Source of the DNA: Paragordius varius
Taxonomy: Eukaryota; Animalia; Nematomorpha
Length of the DNA: 64,000 nt
Assembly (NCBI GenBank): GCA_964247055.1
Contig: OZ176058.1
Location: forward strand, 3,596,001 to 3,660,000
Direction: 5' to 3'
The notes under the pieces are model-generated. The model was not told where the DNA came from. It saw only the letters and a list, made by a program, of their open reading frames with translations, and searched no databases. This document shows positions 38,291 to 50,617 of the stretch, piece after piece. Position 1 is the stretch's first letter, and each line of letters opens with the position of its first letter. The position numbers were made by a program, and so were the translations under genes.

Positions 38291-40249
38291 TATATGCATT
38301 ACTTTAAAAAATAATTAATGCGTGAATAAATTATTTAGTCCTAACCCAAATCATAGAATCAGCTGTGTTGTGATTTTTCCATTTAATTACTATTTTGTAA
38401 ATAATCATTTACAATATATTTAAAGCAAAATAAACATACTTAAGTTTACAGACATAATGTAAAAGGTTATGGGGATAATTTATAATGCCTATAATAGGAT
38501 AACTTCCGAGTAGACGATATTCCTCCCAAATTCCGAAATAGTTCACCCATCCCGCCAACGGATCACGAAATAGATTGAATTCATATATGTTTACAATGTA
38601 AAAAGATAATAAATATAAGTATCTAAAAATATTTATATCTGTAAAATAGACATAATATAGGCCGTTTGCCCAAAAAATAATCTAATAAATCTTAGGTTGT
38701 TAAAACAATCAACAGAATCATTAACCGAGTCAGCGCACAAAATTTAGGGGCTATATAAAATAGCTCTATATATTATATATATTCTGATAGAATATATCCT
38801 GAAATTCATGTTGATTTTGGTGTTAAGTCTTACGAGCAATATGAGAAATGAAATTTATTACAATTTTTGTGGTGGTTACCACTTCAACAAAATATTTGGG
38901 CATATTTTCATAAATTAATTTTTTGGCGAAAGCTAGATGCGTCATAAAATATCTAATATTATATATATAAAAGGATAACTTTGTTTTTATACAATTTTGA
39001 ATTGTAAATGGGGGTTACAAAAGCCCAAAATTTGTCGGACTCATCTAAAACGGGACAAACAAATGCTCGAATACCGGATAAAAGTTAAAAAATTTTAATT
39101 CATAAATTATTTTCTCGAAAATTAAATTTTTTGCCTTAAATTTCCATTTATATAGTAAAATTTTGATTAAGAAGTATGGTCGAAACGGTAAATATAGTTT
39201 ATGATATTATGACAACACTTTTCCGATATAATTGTCCAGTGGTATATATAAAGTGTATATATTCTGATAGGAAAACGCGGGATATCATGGTGTTATTGAC
39301 TCGTAGATCATAATTATGATCTACGAGTCAGTTAAGAATGTTTTTTTGTGGCAAGTGCTACAATCATAAAATGGTAAATTTGCCATTGAAATAATTTTTT
39401 TTGGTGAAAGGTACTTATTTTGATATAATATGACCAAAATATATTTAACTACATGAAACAAAACTATATTTTTAAAAAAGTTAATTTAAGTCCAAAATAT
39501 TTTCGCTGTTTTAAAATGTAATATAAACGCAAAAATGATCGAATTCTGCGATAAAAATTCCAAATATATCCAAATTTTGATATCAAATAAAAATATTTTA
39601 AAAAAATGCAATCTTTTTTTATAATATAATTTTTAACTTTTGTTGAAGAGTTCTTACAGTGAGGATCGAAGAAACAGTATATAAATGCTTTAAAATTAAT
39701 ACACTTTCCTATTTTATTCGATGATGGTAAACATTTTTAATCGCTTCTTATAATTTTAAAACTCTCGCTTTAATTTGGGTAAATTTTCGTAAAAAATAAT
39801 TTATATAAAAAAATTTTTATTTAAAGGAATAATATAATTAAATACTATACATATAATGTATTTATATCTTAAAGCGTTTTTATACCGTTTCCATCATGAA
39901 TAGCTCAATCATACAACTAAACTAGTAAGTTATGTTAAATAAAATTTAATTATCAAACATTGTTCTCCTAAATTACATCAAAACTTATATTTTTTGCAGT
40001 TTTGTAGCTAAAAAATATAGAGAAAATTGGGACAGCATCAATACACGATTTAATCAAACAGCTGATTTTAAATCAATAATTATTATATTAATGAAGGTAA
40101 AATGCATATTTAAGGCTTACTTTAGTTATTTATTTATATTTTTACCATAAATTATTTATATTTGCCTATCATATAAACGATTTGAAAAACATAAAATAAA
40201 AAATGGCGATGAAAAAGTTTGAGAGGAGTATTTTTTAATATTATTTTAT

Positions 40250-40840
40250 ATTTTAAATTTTTTTTATAATGCGCTTAAAAAGCTAAACAAAGCATCCTTT
40301 TAAATTCGTCCCAAAACTTTTATAATTAAGATTTCCAATAAAATCGCTATGGGATATAAGAGTAATCCAAAAGGAACTGTTAAGAACGTGCACAAATTTT
40401 ACCATTTTCTGATATGAAGCAATTACTAGAAAAGTATAATGATTTATATTCATTGTAAGCCATCATGAGTATCCACAACACTCCAATTGTAACGAACAAA
40501 TCGCATACCACCACCCTAGGTATTTGTAAAATATATCGCTACATTTCGTATAAGTTTGAAAGTTAAAGAAAAAAAACTTAATTCTTATGGTAATAATAGG
40601 GCTGGGTTATGTCTATAGTCATTATTAATGATCATAGTCATCATTATAAAAAATGCAAAAAAGCATGTTGTAACGAAAATAAAATTTGGCAAAATTGTGT
40701 GATTATATTACGTAAGCAACAGATTTGAAATTATAACTGCTTATTTTGAAAAGCGGCGGTCATGAATACATTTAAATCAGAGGTATCCAACACGCTGCTT
40801 CGAGACTTTATGTGCGTCCCGCGAAAAATTGAAATCCATA
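40250..40840 (-). pseudogene. Decayed SLC22-like (MFS) transporter, N-terminal half
   Basis: Across frameshifts the minus strand gives SIF/FAG (40817-40832), GYL/SD (40776-40788), MTAAF, ALLLP(Y)E, RVVVCDLFVTIGVLWILMMAY (40455-40517) and TVPFGLLLYPI (40348-40381), in the order expected for SLC22 TM2-TM6. Confidence 0.5.
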
Positions 40841-42911
40841 ATTTACAATACGTTCATAAAATTTTCATTCTAAATAAGTATATTTGATGGGCAAAAACTA
40901 GATAAAAAATTTTTATATAATTTATATTTGAAATTTAATAAATTATTTATAAAGCCCCATATACATTTCGATTGCGGCATCTAAAGATTTTTCGTCTCAA
41001 AATGCGGCTCTCGACGCCATTTGTGTTGGACATCATTAAATTAATTTAATGTTTAAAATTAATATAATTTACTATCCTAACCATTAATTTAAATGTGTTG
41101 TATCCCTCATAATCATGTTTGCAACGATTAAATGCAGCGTTAAAGTGTAAGTGGAGGAAACTTGGTGTGGTGTGAAAAAGGATTTAGCAGTCGGTTTATA
41201 CTGGATTATTCTACAAAGCTCGCTGCTAAAAATATGCATTAGTAAGGACAAGTTTACAGTAAAAAGATGCTCTCTTTTACTATGAAATGCAGTTCCGGGC
41301 AGCACTCAAAGTCCCGGGGTCACATTAAACCTCCCTGGTATAGAAGTTTTAAAACTGGTTAGTTTCTAAGGTTTTTATCAAATACAGGCTAGAGGGTTAA
41401 TAATTGTATATTTGACATAAATTTGACGAATATTTTGATCAATCTGTAATGACAGAAATGTTTTTCATCATAGAATTAGATGGAAAAAGGATTTTAATAA
41501 AACTTTAAAACGTTTTTGAACCGTTTCCACCATGACTTAAAATAGTATGATTTACGCTTCAACAAATTTAAAATTAAATTTTTAAAATATATGTATTTTA
41601 TATCAAAATTTAGCCTATATTTAAAATCTTTATCGCGTCCCGTTGTTTTTGTTTCCTTAAAATGTACGAGCTATTTAAAAGAGCGAAAAATTGGGATTTT
41701 TGTAGCTTAATTAAAATTTTTTGAAAACATTGTTTTGCTGTTTGTATGTAGTTTATAATATACTCTCGAGATAATTTTTGAAAAGAATCCTTTAGCTTTC
41801 ACCAAAAAATTATATTTAAAAAAAGTGTACAAAACTCACCATATTCGGATATGAAGCACTTGCGACAAAAATGTAAATAACCTTTTTATATCACTGGTAA
41901 CGGTCATAACCAAAAGCATATGATAATCCTTATACATTTAACTAGCAGAATATATAATTTTTCAGATTATTTATTGTAGAAATTATTTTCACCTCATAAA
42001 ATAGTGAACATTTTTGTATAGTGGAAGTTATTTTCACTGCATAAAATAAAAATGGAAACATTTTTGCATTGAGTTTTGCCAGTAAATAATAATTTAACAT
42101 TCCTTTTCATAAATTCCATTATATATCTGTATATTATACATGTTAAAAAGTAATTTTTTGACCTGCTTCAAATAAAAAGCTTATTATATGATTTCAATCG
42201 ATTTATAAATTATAAATATACGATAAAATGATACTAAATTGTAACAAGTTTTATCATTACATTTTAATTTGATCTTACTTTGTTTTACTGCCCATTTTTT
42301 TTAACTTAATATTTCAAAAACCAGGTCGTCGTCAGCAAATAAAAATTTTTGCGGTAAATGAATTTTCTGGTTATAAGATATTTTATGGAAAAAAATTTTG
42401 GTTAAAAAAATTACTCTCTTTTTGCACACAGTGTTATATGGTAAATTTAAGAGCTTTAGTGTAATGAATTTTGCCCAATATATGTTTTTTAGTTTGTTTG
42501 ATTCTTGATTACAAATTGAATTATTACCTGATTTTTAATTGTAAAAAAGATTTAAAATTAGTCTTCAAAAAAAGTACGAAAAAACTTTATGATACACTAT
42601 GATATTATATCTTTACCATTACTGAAAATATTTGTTAGGGTTAAGAGTTTGCGACAAGGACGACAAAATTTTATAAACATAATAAATTATTTTTTTACAA
42701 GGTCCCATTAAATTAATTTACACTTACATTAACATAAGTTAAAAGACACTTATTTGCAAATTAATGAATTTGAAATGGGAAGTTAATTAGTGGCATAATG
42801 GTTTTAAAATTATTTTAACCGGGTGTTTACCTTGAACACCAAAATATAAATATCGTAAGGTTTCCAACTATTTATTTTCTAAAATAATAGTTTTCTATTC
42901 TTGTATTAATT

Positions 42912-44162
42912 ATGTGGTCGTTCTTCAACGTAAGTTATATAACTTTATATAATATGTAGAGACAAAGATCGGCAATACCATGGGATCAGTCCTTAAAAGG
43001 TGTTCCCGCTATAAAATTATACGGTTTAATCTCTCAGGATACTCCGGACTCAATATTGTCCACAGGAACTACCATGTCTGTTGAATTTAGAAGTGCTTTC
43101 ATTCAAGGTAAATATATTTTTTGAATGGTTGAAAATAGACAAAATCTGAAATTCGCTCAATAAATACATTTTTAAAACTTTTAACTCTTGAGCAAATAAC
43201 CTAATAGTTGGAGGTTGATTTATAAATTACCAATTTTACAATGCATAATACAATTTTTTGATTTACCCTTTTATATCATTATTTGAAAGAATGGTAATTG
43301 GTTTGATAAATGAAAGGTTTAAAATTAAATCTGTTGTAATAATTATTGAATACATACATAAAAGATAATTGTATATTAATTACACCAGTCATCACCTTAT
43401 ATTGTGTAGAAAAAGCTTTTAAACTCTCTCTCTCTCTATTTATTAAAAGGGTATTGTTCTTTGGTTACTTGTAATTTTATTCTGACTGCCCGTAATGACT
43501 AAAGATTGCTGAGGTGCGCGATACCTATTGGTATTGTCCGCTTTGTATTGTCATGTATGAAAAATTATTACATGAAGCTATAAAACTTAGAACTATGCCT
43601 ACGATAGGAATAAATATAAGATAAAGTGTATGCAACTATACAATTTATCAATAATATAGATATTAACCTCTTTCGAAACGAAGGGTAATAATGTAACTTA
43701 TTAAAACACATATAAGATTCTTTTCAAGATATTGTCAACTTTATATCAAGTATTGTAATGATCACAGTGCTTAAATGTGACACCCAAAAGGTTGATGGGT
43801 GTGTTGCTCCCTAGATTTACCCTTATTATGTTTGAATTTTGGACGTACCCTGATTTTAACATTACGTTGAGAATTTTCGAATTTTTTAGCATTTAAAGAA
43901 ATTAAGTAATATATATATATATATATATATATCAATTGTGTTAGATGTGAAAAGCTATCCAAACCTCAATGGGAAAAATATTAGAGTGGATGGAAAAAGC
44001 TACACAATTTCAAGTGTTAAAAATGGTATAGCCATTGGAAACGGAATTATTATAGGAAAGACATATTCAACATACTTGTTTGTAGTTTGTGATGTGGCAT
44101 GCATAAACGAAGTATCCCCACTTGTTGAAACCACCATTGCGAAACTAAATGGAATCAAATAA
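42912..44162 (+). CDS. Divergent profilin-like protein, ~128 aa, three coding exons (42912-42929, 42960-43107, 43945-44162)
   Basis: Intron 1 gtaagt...tgtag (30 nt, phase 0) and intron 2 gtaaat...ttag (phase 1) join into one open frame: MWSFFNRQRSAIPWDQSLKGVPAIKLYGLISQD...NIRVDGKSYTISS...GIIIGKTYSTYLFVV...VETTIAKLNGIK. Length and the W, I..D, V.GKxY, GIII.KT and terminal-helix pattern fit the profilin fold. Confidence 0.7.
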
Positions 44163-45320
44163 CTTATTATTACGAATCCGACTAAATTATTTATTCACCT
44201 GTTTACTCCTTATCACAACCCTAAAATTACTTTTCGCACTAAATGTTAATCAATATTGTGAAATTTCTAAATAATTCCGCATAAATAATATATTTCAAAA
44301 AACCTTAGTGTATTAGTTAGGTTTATTAATTTCAGTGTAATGCATTACGTATAATATGAGTAATGGTTATCATTGAATCACTTATTTATACATTAAAAAA
44401 ATCTTAATAAATTGAGGATAGCTTATGCTGCAAAAGCTTCATATAATAGATATAAAACAAGAAAAAGGCATTTCAAAACATTTAGTAAGGAGGTGGTTAT
44501 AAATGTTGCCCATTATATCAGCGCAATAAATAAAATTAATGCAAAAGATGGATGGCTCCAAAAAAAGATGAAGTTTTTTTACAATTTTACATTTTTTCTA
44601 AAAATAATTTACATCAAGCGCCTAAAAGGCTAAAATAGCATAATTTATAATATATGGCATAAGGATGAAAATATTTTTTTTTAGATATTCAAAAATTAAA
44701 TGGCCGTGGGTTATAAGAGCACAAAAGATCCATGACATGTTAACAGAGTGAAATTGTTTCAACAAACCCAACTTATCACAGTTAATTTATGAGAAATTGT
44801 AAAAAATCTATAAGACACAAATATAATTTTAATAATCCCATACTTTTTAAAACTTGATATTTCAATATAAAAATTGTGATTAAAAATTCAAATGTTAACC
44901 TTTACCTTTTTACGTTTTGCCTGTATAATTTCGTTTTTTACTGTAAATTGAAAATTATATTTCATATGCAAAAAATTAACGTTTCTAAAAAAATGGGAAA
45001 AAAAGTACTTAAATTTTTAAAATAATTTTATTTATAATGTACCCACTTATTACACAATACCCTTTTTTCGAAATGAGCTTAATTATAGTAAAATGAAAAT
45101 TATACGGACAAAATATCAAAACTAATTGATAAACATTTATAAACTTAGAAAATCAAAAAAATTTTTTGGCGGAAGGCGCCATCTCCTTAAAGTTATTAAT
45201 CAGAAGGAGTAGAAATAGTTAGTCTATCTAGTTGCAGGTTGGACATATTAGTATATCATAATTAGCAACAGAGACTATAAGAAACCCAAATTTTGTTGAC
45301 AGTGTTTACCACGTGTCATA

Positions 45321-45358
45321 GTGTGAGACGCGTTTCGTCCTTGTTGTGGACTCATCAG
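45321..45358 (-). ncRNA. Type I hammerhead ribozyme core (5' strand of stem I missing)
   Basis: Minus strand CTGATGA GTCC acaacaa GGAC GAAA CGCGTC tcacac: intact core, perfect stem II, palindromic ACGCGT helix III and GUC triplet. Confidence 0.8.
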
Positions 45359-45395
45359 AATTCTATAAAACTCAATATATATACAATTCCTCAAC

Positions 45396-45489
45396 TGACA
45401 GTGTTTACCCGTGTTCATTATGTGTGACTGATGAGCCCACAACAAGGACGAAAGGCGTCTCACACTATGACACGTGGTAAACACTGTCA
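45396..45489 (+). ncRNA. Type I hammerhead ribozyme with ~30-bp extended stem I and two point changes
   Basis: tgacagtgtttacccgtgttcattatgtgtga CTGATGA gccc acaacaa ggac GAAA ggcGTC tcacactatgacacgtggtaaacactgtca. The two flanks pair; predicted cleavage is after C45459. Stem II and helix III each carry one mismatch. Confidence 0.8.
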
Positions 45490-46386
45490 ACGAAAATTGG
45501 GTTCTTATAATCTCTGTTGCTAATTATGATATACTAAAATGTCCAACCTGCAACTAGATAGACTAACTATTTCTACTCCTTCTGATTTATAAACTTGTTT
45601 TTTTTTACCTGAAGTATTTTGTTTTTAATTATATACAATGCTGTATACTTTTATTTAAGATATAAAAATTTGTTAAAGTTGCGAAAATTATTTGTTGAAG
45701 AATGGAAAAAAACTAGAGCTCTTTGAGAGTAAAGAAAACTATAATATTTATTTACGAAATTTAAACGAGTGTGGGGGAAGGGCGACGAAAATCTTACACA
45801 GGAAAATAATAATACACCAATAGAGTGTTAGGAGTTGTAAAAAAATTAGGATAATTTTTTTAAAAAAAATTGGGAGTCATTTTAAACTCAAAATATGATA
45901 AGTAACTATTAACACTTGAGAAAAAATTCATTTCAACCCTTCGATTTAAAGTGGGGTCGTTAGATACCCCAGGCCTGTTTAAACATTAGCACTTCAAAAA
46001 ATATGGAAATAATTTAAACCATGGCAAAAGTTTGCTATTATAAACCATTAATAAAATTAAAAATAAAAAAAAGTATTCAGTATATTATTCATTTTAAAAT
46101 AAAACCCAAATATAAAAATTTAGTCAACTTGACATAAGTGCATTAGCTAAATAAAAATAATGCAAGATAAACCACTTTTCTAGCATTTATTTTAGCTTTA
46201 AAATTAGATAAAAACGATATTTCGCAAAAATTGTGTAAAATAAAAATGGCTAATTTGATATGGAATTTATTTTTCAAAACTTAATTTCGACCTATTTATA
46301 AATTTTTTATTATGATAGAAGCATAAAGTTAAACTTTAAGTGGTTTGTAAAAATATCAACCTTAGTAAATTTTGGGGTATTTAGAC

Positions 46387-48490
46387 CAGTGGTACTCACC
46401 AAAAAAATTTGACGGGCCAAATTAAATTTTTTTTTCATCAAGAACCACAAACCCTACGCAAATATTCCATAGCTCTTTGACACATATGCACATATTTATA
46501 CTCTAAAACTGCACAATGAATTTTTTGCGGATTGCATGTTAATCCAGCTAAAAGCTCGTTTTGCACCATTTAGTTTAAAAAATTAAAATATTATAATAAC
46601 AACATTTATTTTGATATTAACCATTAATTTTTGACAAATTTGGTTTCGCCTCATAACAGGCCAATAATACGTCGTCCATATGATCATCGGTTTAGCGATT
46701 TCTGTAAGTATTTTTGACATATATATTTTTCAATATGCCGTCTTAAACGTTAAAGTTGAGGGAAAAACAGTTAGGATCACTTGAGCACATTTTTTATTAA
46801 TATTTATTTGGCATATCTCGCCAAAATTCTACATATCTTTCTTCTTTACGGTTCTCCTAATATCGCCTCCAAATTGGAATCATTTTTAATATCTACGAAT
46901 TCTTCAATGATATGCACCTGATCAAAACCGAAATGCTCAAGTTGCTTAATATTGGATATATCCCTATGCCATGGATTTTCAACAAGTTTTAAGCAATTTT
47001 TATTATTCCATGATGCTTGGAATCTGAATTTTATTTATAAGATAAAAATGTTAAATATTTGTCTATTATTAAATCAATCCCCATTAGAATTGGGTTATTT
47101 TGCTCCGACTTGTATTGAATATACTAAGTTTATAAGTAATGTCGCAAACGTAGGCTAATCCATCATTTGTCACTATTAATTTCCTCGTCAAACTTTCTGT
47201 TATTAATTATAAATAATTTTTCAAGTCTTACAAAAATCTATTTAATGCTTTGCTAAGGCTCAGCCATCTTACAGCGGTATACGAAAGAATGTATCAAACC
47301 TGTGGATATTTTTCAGTTTCTAAATTTACAGCCTTTGAATTCTCTGCCACGGATGTGGTTAATTATATCCACAACCGTTTTAATTACTGAATTGAGTTCA
47401 TCTTTTACAAGAGAAATCAAGTTATGCTGATGAGAAAGGTGTGAGAGGATAGAATATTTTGTAAATTATATTTGTTTTTCAAAAGAGAAATTCCCTTGTT
47501 TATTCCAAACATAGCATCTGTGCAGATCGAAACCAATTCAATATACCATTATTATAGAAAAAAGGTAATTATTTTGAAAAAATCATTTCCTTTCGTGGTA
47601 TTATTCATTGGTAAAAAATTTTAAATATTCCTCGTTGATTATGTTGTCGTTGCATAATCTCACGAAGAGCGCACATTGAGGAACTGAACTAATATCATTG
47701 CCAGAATAAATACCAATAAATATTTGCAGTTTTTCAGAGCCAATAATGTATTGTAAATATTAGACTTTAATGCGTCGAGCACATGTTAAATCAGAAAGTT
47801 GACATAATAGATTTTTCTTTCTGGTATAATTGATCTTTTTTTGTTTCTTACCTCATATTTTCTGGTAATTTCTGAAAATGATTGATTGTAAATTCTTATT
47901 CAAAATTGTATTTTAATTATGTTGTTTTTATATATAAGGCAAACACCATTTTTATTTAAAACGACAAATTTTCCTCCCCTTCTCTTTTTAAAAGGAGAGA
48001 TTTTCATCGGATAATTTACGTATTTCATTAGATGTCATCCTTTTATGTAAATTTTTTCAAAAAAAGGAATTTGAATTATTTTATAAAAAAATAGTCGAAA
48101 ATTAATGATGTTGATTAGAAAAATATTTTATATAAATGAGTAATAAAAAATGATGCAGGATAGCATGAAAGATGTATATGCAAGTTTGGGTGAAAGCTCG
48201 ACAGGAATGCAAAAATTTTAACATAGAAAAAATAAAATGCAGAAACAACGTATGCCAAAATTTTGAAATCATTGTAATGTAGGGAAATTTTTCTACATTT
48301 CAAATAAATATAAATTACCAAAATTTTAATTTAAAGAAAATAAATTAATATTAAAATAAGTGAAAATGCGTTTATGTGTATTAAAAATTCATCAAGAAAA
48401 AATAATTTAAATATCAATATGGTCTTAGGGCAGGTTTAAAGCACTCCCAGTGCCGCATGCGGCCCGCGGGCCGCGGTTTGAGTATCACTG
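46387..48490 (-). mobile_element. hAT (Buster/Charlie group), same family as 14785-16587
   Basis: TIR CAGTGGTACTCA/TGAGTATCACTG; perfect TSD atttagac (46379-46386, 48491-48498); empty site at 35671-35678; minus-strand YTAVRWLS near 47258-47281. Confidence 0.94.
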
Positions 48491-48856
48491 ATTTAGACCC
48501 TTATTTGAATCCGAGTGTTAATAATGCTAGGCTGGAAAAAAATAAATTCAAACATCATTGATTAGGGGAAATTAAAAAAGATTTGGTATTTCTTTCATCG
48601 CACAATCGTTTGAGTTTAAATATTGTTGCTAGTATTAAATACTTCTGTTTTTTCAAAATAAAATTTTTATCGTGGAAAAAAAATATTTAAGTTGTGGGAA
48701 GTTGTAAAACTCACAAAATGGTTTTTTGAATTTCATAAAATTGAACATTATTCAATGGTATTAAACTTTTAGTCGTATAAAACGCATTTAGTTCAATTAT
48801 GTATTTTTATGCAATTTTAATATAAATCAACAATATTCATTCCACCTATGTTTTCC

Positions 48857-48892
<36 letters not shown>

Positions 48893-49305
48893 TTATATAA
48901 ATAGATTTCCATATATTTCGATCGTTTTTTGTTTGAGGTTACCTATTGTGATGTATATTTAGATATATTTTTCTAATAAATGATTTATAATTTTTTTATA
49001 CCATTTACAGTAATTTACCCTTGAACAATTTAATAAAACCCTTAATCAATTCAAATTCACCCTTGAACAATTTAAATTCACCCTTAAATTAATGTGACCA
49101 GATATTTAGAACCCTGGCGCAGTACAAAATTAAAGCATACTTGACTATTTTTTAACCGGATTTTCGGTGTTTTATATTAAATGATATTGTTCGTTACTAT
49201 TTATAAGCTCATTAGAAACAATTAAAATATCCAACAATAAAATTTGATATAAATGTATGTACATATAATTATATCATATGTTATATATATGGATATATAA
49301 TAATA

Positions 49306-49885
49306 CTAGCATAAATCTCGTGCTGCTAAGCAGGCCGAGGAAGTCCTTCGGGCTGAGGGGGGGGGGGGGCTAGTTGAAAAAAGGGACAATAAAATGATCC
49401 ACATATGTGGATTATTTCGAAACATTATTTATTAGCTATGATCTCATAGGAATTTCAAAACGGTGCATTCATACTAATATATTGTTTACTTGGGCGAAAA
49501 ATAGATTCAAACAATTACTTTTCTTTGGAAAAATGACATTTTACGGGAGGAGCGGGTAAAAAGATTGCCTTATTTAAAAAACGAGCCGATTATGTTCAAC
49601 GCAATCGAAAATAAGTAAACAAATCATATTTTAAATTGAATGGTCCAACACGTTTTCCAGAAAATTCTCTCAAAGACACGATTTCTGTGGATTTGTGTTT
49701 TCAAAAAAATCCGTTTTTTACACGGGGTGAGCCTGAACAGGGGGCCTAATTCAAAAAAGGGCGAAGCTATTGTCGAGGCATTCATCAATGATTATATTCT
49801 TTCGACATTTGGATTTGAATGGATCTACCGGTTTCCCGGAAATAGATCACCAAGCCACTACTTTCCATTTTTATAAATATATAGA
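49306..49885 (-). mobile_element. Non-autonomous Helitron-type element
   Basis: Minus strand starts A|TCTATATATTTATAAAATGG and ends CTAG|T, with a GC-rich imperfect hairpin (cggcctgcttagcagcacg) 9 nt before CTAG; no TSD. Confidence 0.75.
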
Positions 49886-50617
49886 TTATAATGGTATGTT
49901 TGTTTCAAAAAATGCTTATTGTCAAAAACAATATAATTACCAATATATGAAAATAAAAATAGAGGGAAACAATACTGGTTTTTATAAGATGTTGCCGTGC
50001 AGATAAAATCATTCACACACGATCTTATGAAAGTTCTATTCCATAGCTTTTTAGAAAATATTACTATTTGACAGCAGGTAAGACTATGCGTTGATGAAGA
50101 AAAGATAGGTGAATGGATAGAAATTATTCAGATGCCGACTTTGCTACAGTGTAAAATTCAAAAATAATTTAAATAGTTCTGAGTCTACCCAATCAATGGT
50201 ATATGATATGACGTGACATAATTATTAATAAAAAATTATTTTTTTATAATAGCAATAATATCTAAAAATAATAAATTGTATATATTTTTTAGATTTATGT
50301 ATTTGTCCCAATAATTTATTGTTTTGCGAAATTTTATCTAAAAAAGCTTTACAATTTTTTTCTGTATTTTTAACTATTACAATTGCTTTCAAGGTATCTA
50401 TTGTGAGTTGTTTTTTCCGCAGTCCATATTTTGTTTAAAAGAAAAGGCATGGAAAGGAAAATTGAATGAAAAGGATTAATAAAAAAAATTATTATGTGTG
50501 TCTGTGTGTGTGTGGCAATATCAAAATAGGTCTATAAATTTGTATATGCACAAAAGAATGAAAAGAAAACTGGCTAAAAATTAATGTTTAGAGAAGCAAA
50601 AAATTAAGGAGCATACC

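Larger units (their letters stand above)
34400..44520. repeat. Older tandem duplication unit, copy 1 (~10 kb)
   Basis: Colinear matches to 44528-64000: 34402/44529, 35671/48491, 36265/56253, 37760/59800, 39230/60520, 42840/63961. Confidence 0.9.
45147..45584. mobile_element. Inverted-repeat insertion resembling Penelope-like pseudo-LTR or retrozyme remnants
   Basis: Arms 45198-45358 and 45428-45587 differ at about 7 of 160 positions; a 12-bp direct repeat atttataaactt lies at 45135-45146 and 45585-45596; the insertion is absent from the paralogous site near 35000; hammerhead motifs lie at the inner ends of both arms. Confidence 0.7.

Noticed and set aside
38498-38578. Possible terminal exon DNFRVDDIPPKFRNSSPIPPTDHEID*
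   Set aside because: No compatible upstream exon was found; the nearest candidate introduces a stop.
38952-39090. Helitron-like 5' end TCTAATATTATATATATAAAAGG
   Set aside because: No matching 3' hairpin-CTRR or second copy was identified.
40440-40520. Tetraspanin-like LQLECCGY on the minus strand, and Gypsy-like KQLLEKYNDL on the plus strand
   Set aside because: The paralog reads CWG, other tetraspanin cysteines are missing, and an alternative frame fits the ordered SLC22-like motif series better.
41325-41400. TTAA-flanked piggyBac-like mini element
   Set aside because: The TIR match is short and poor, and the left end is not preserved in the paralog near 62480-62575.
47427-47460. ctgatgag as a further hammerhead core
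   Set aside because: No stem II or GAAA partner follows.
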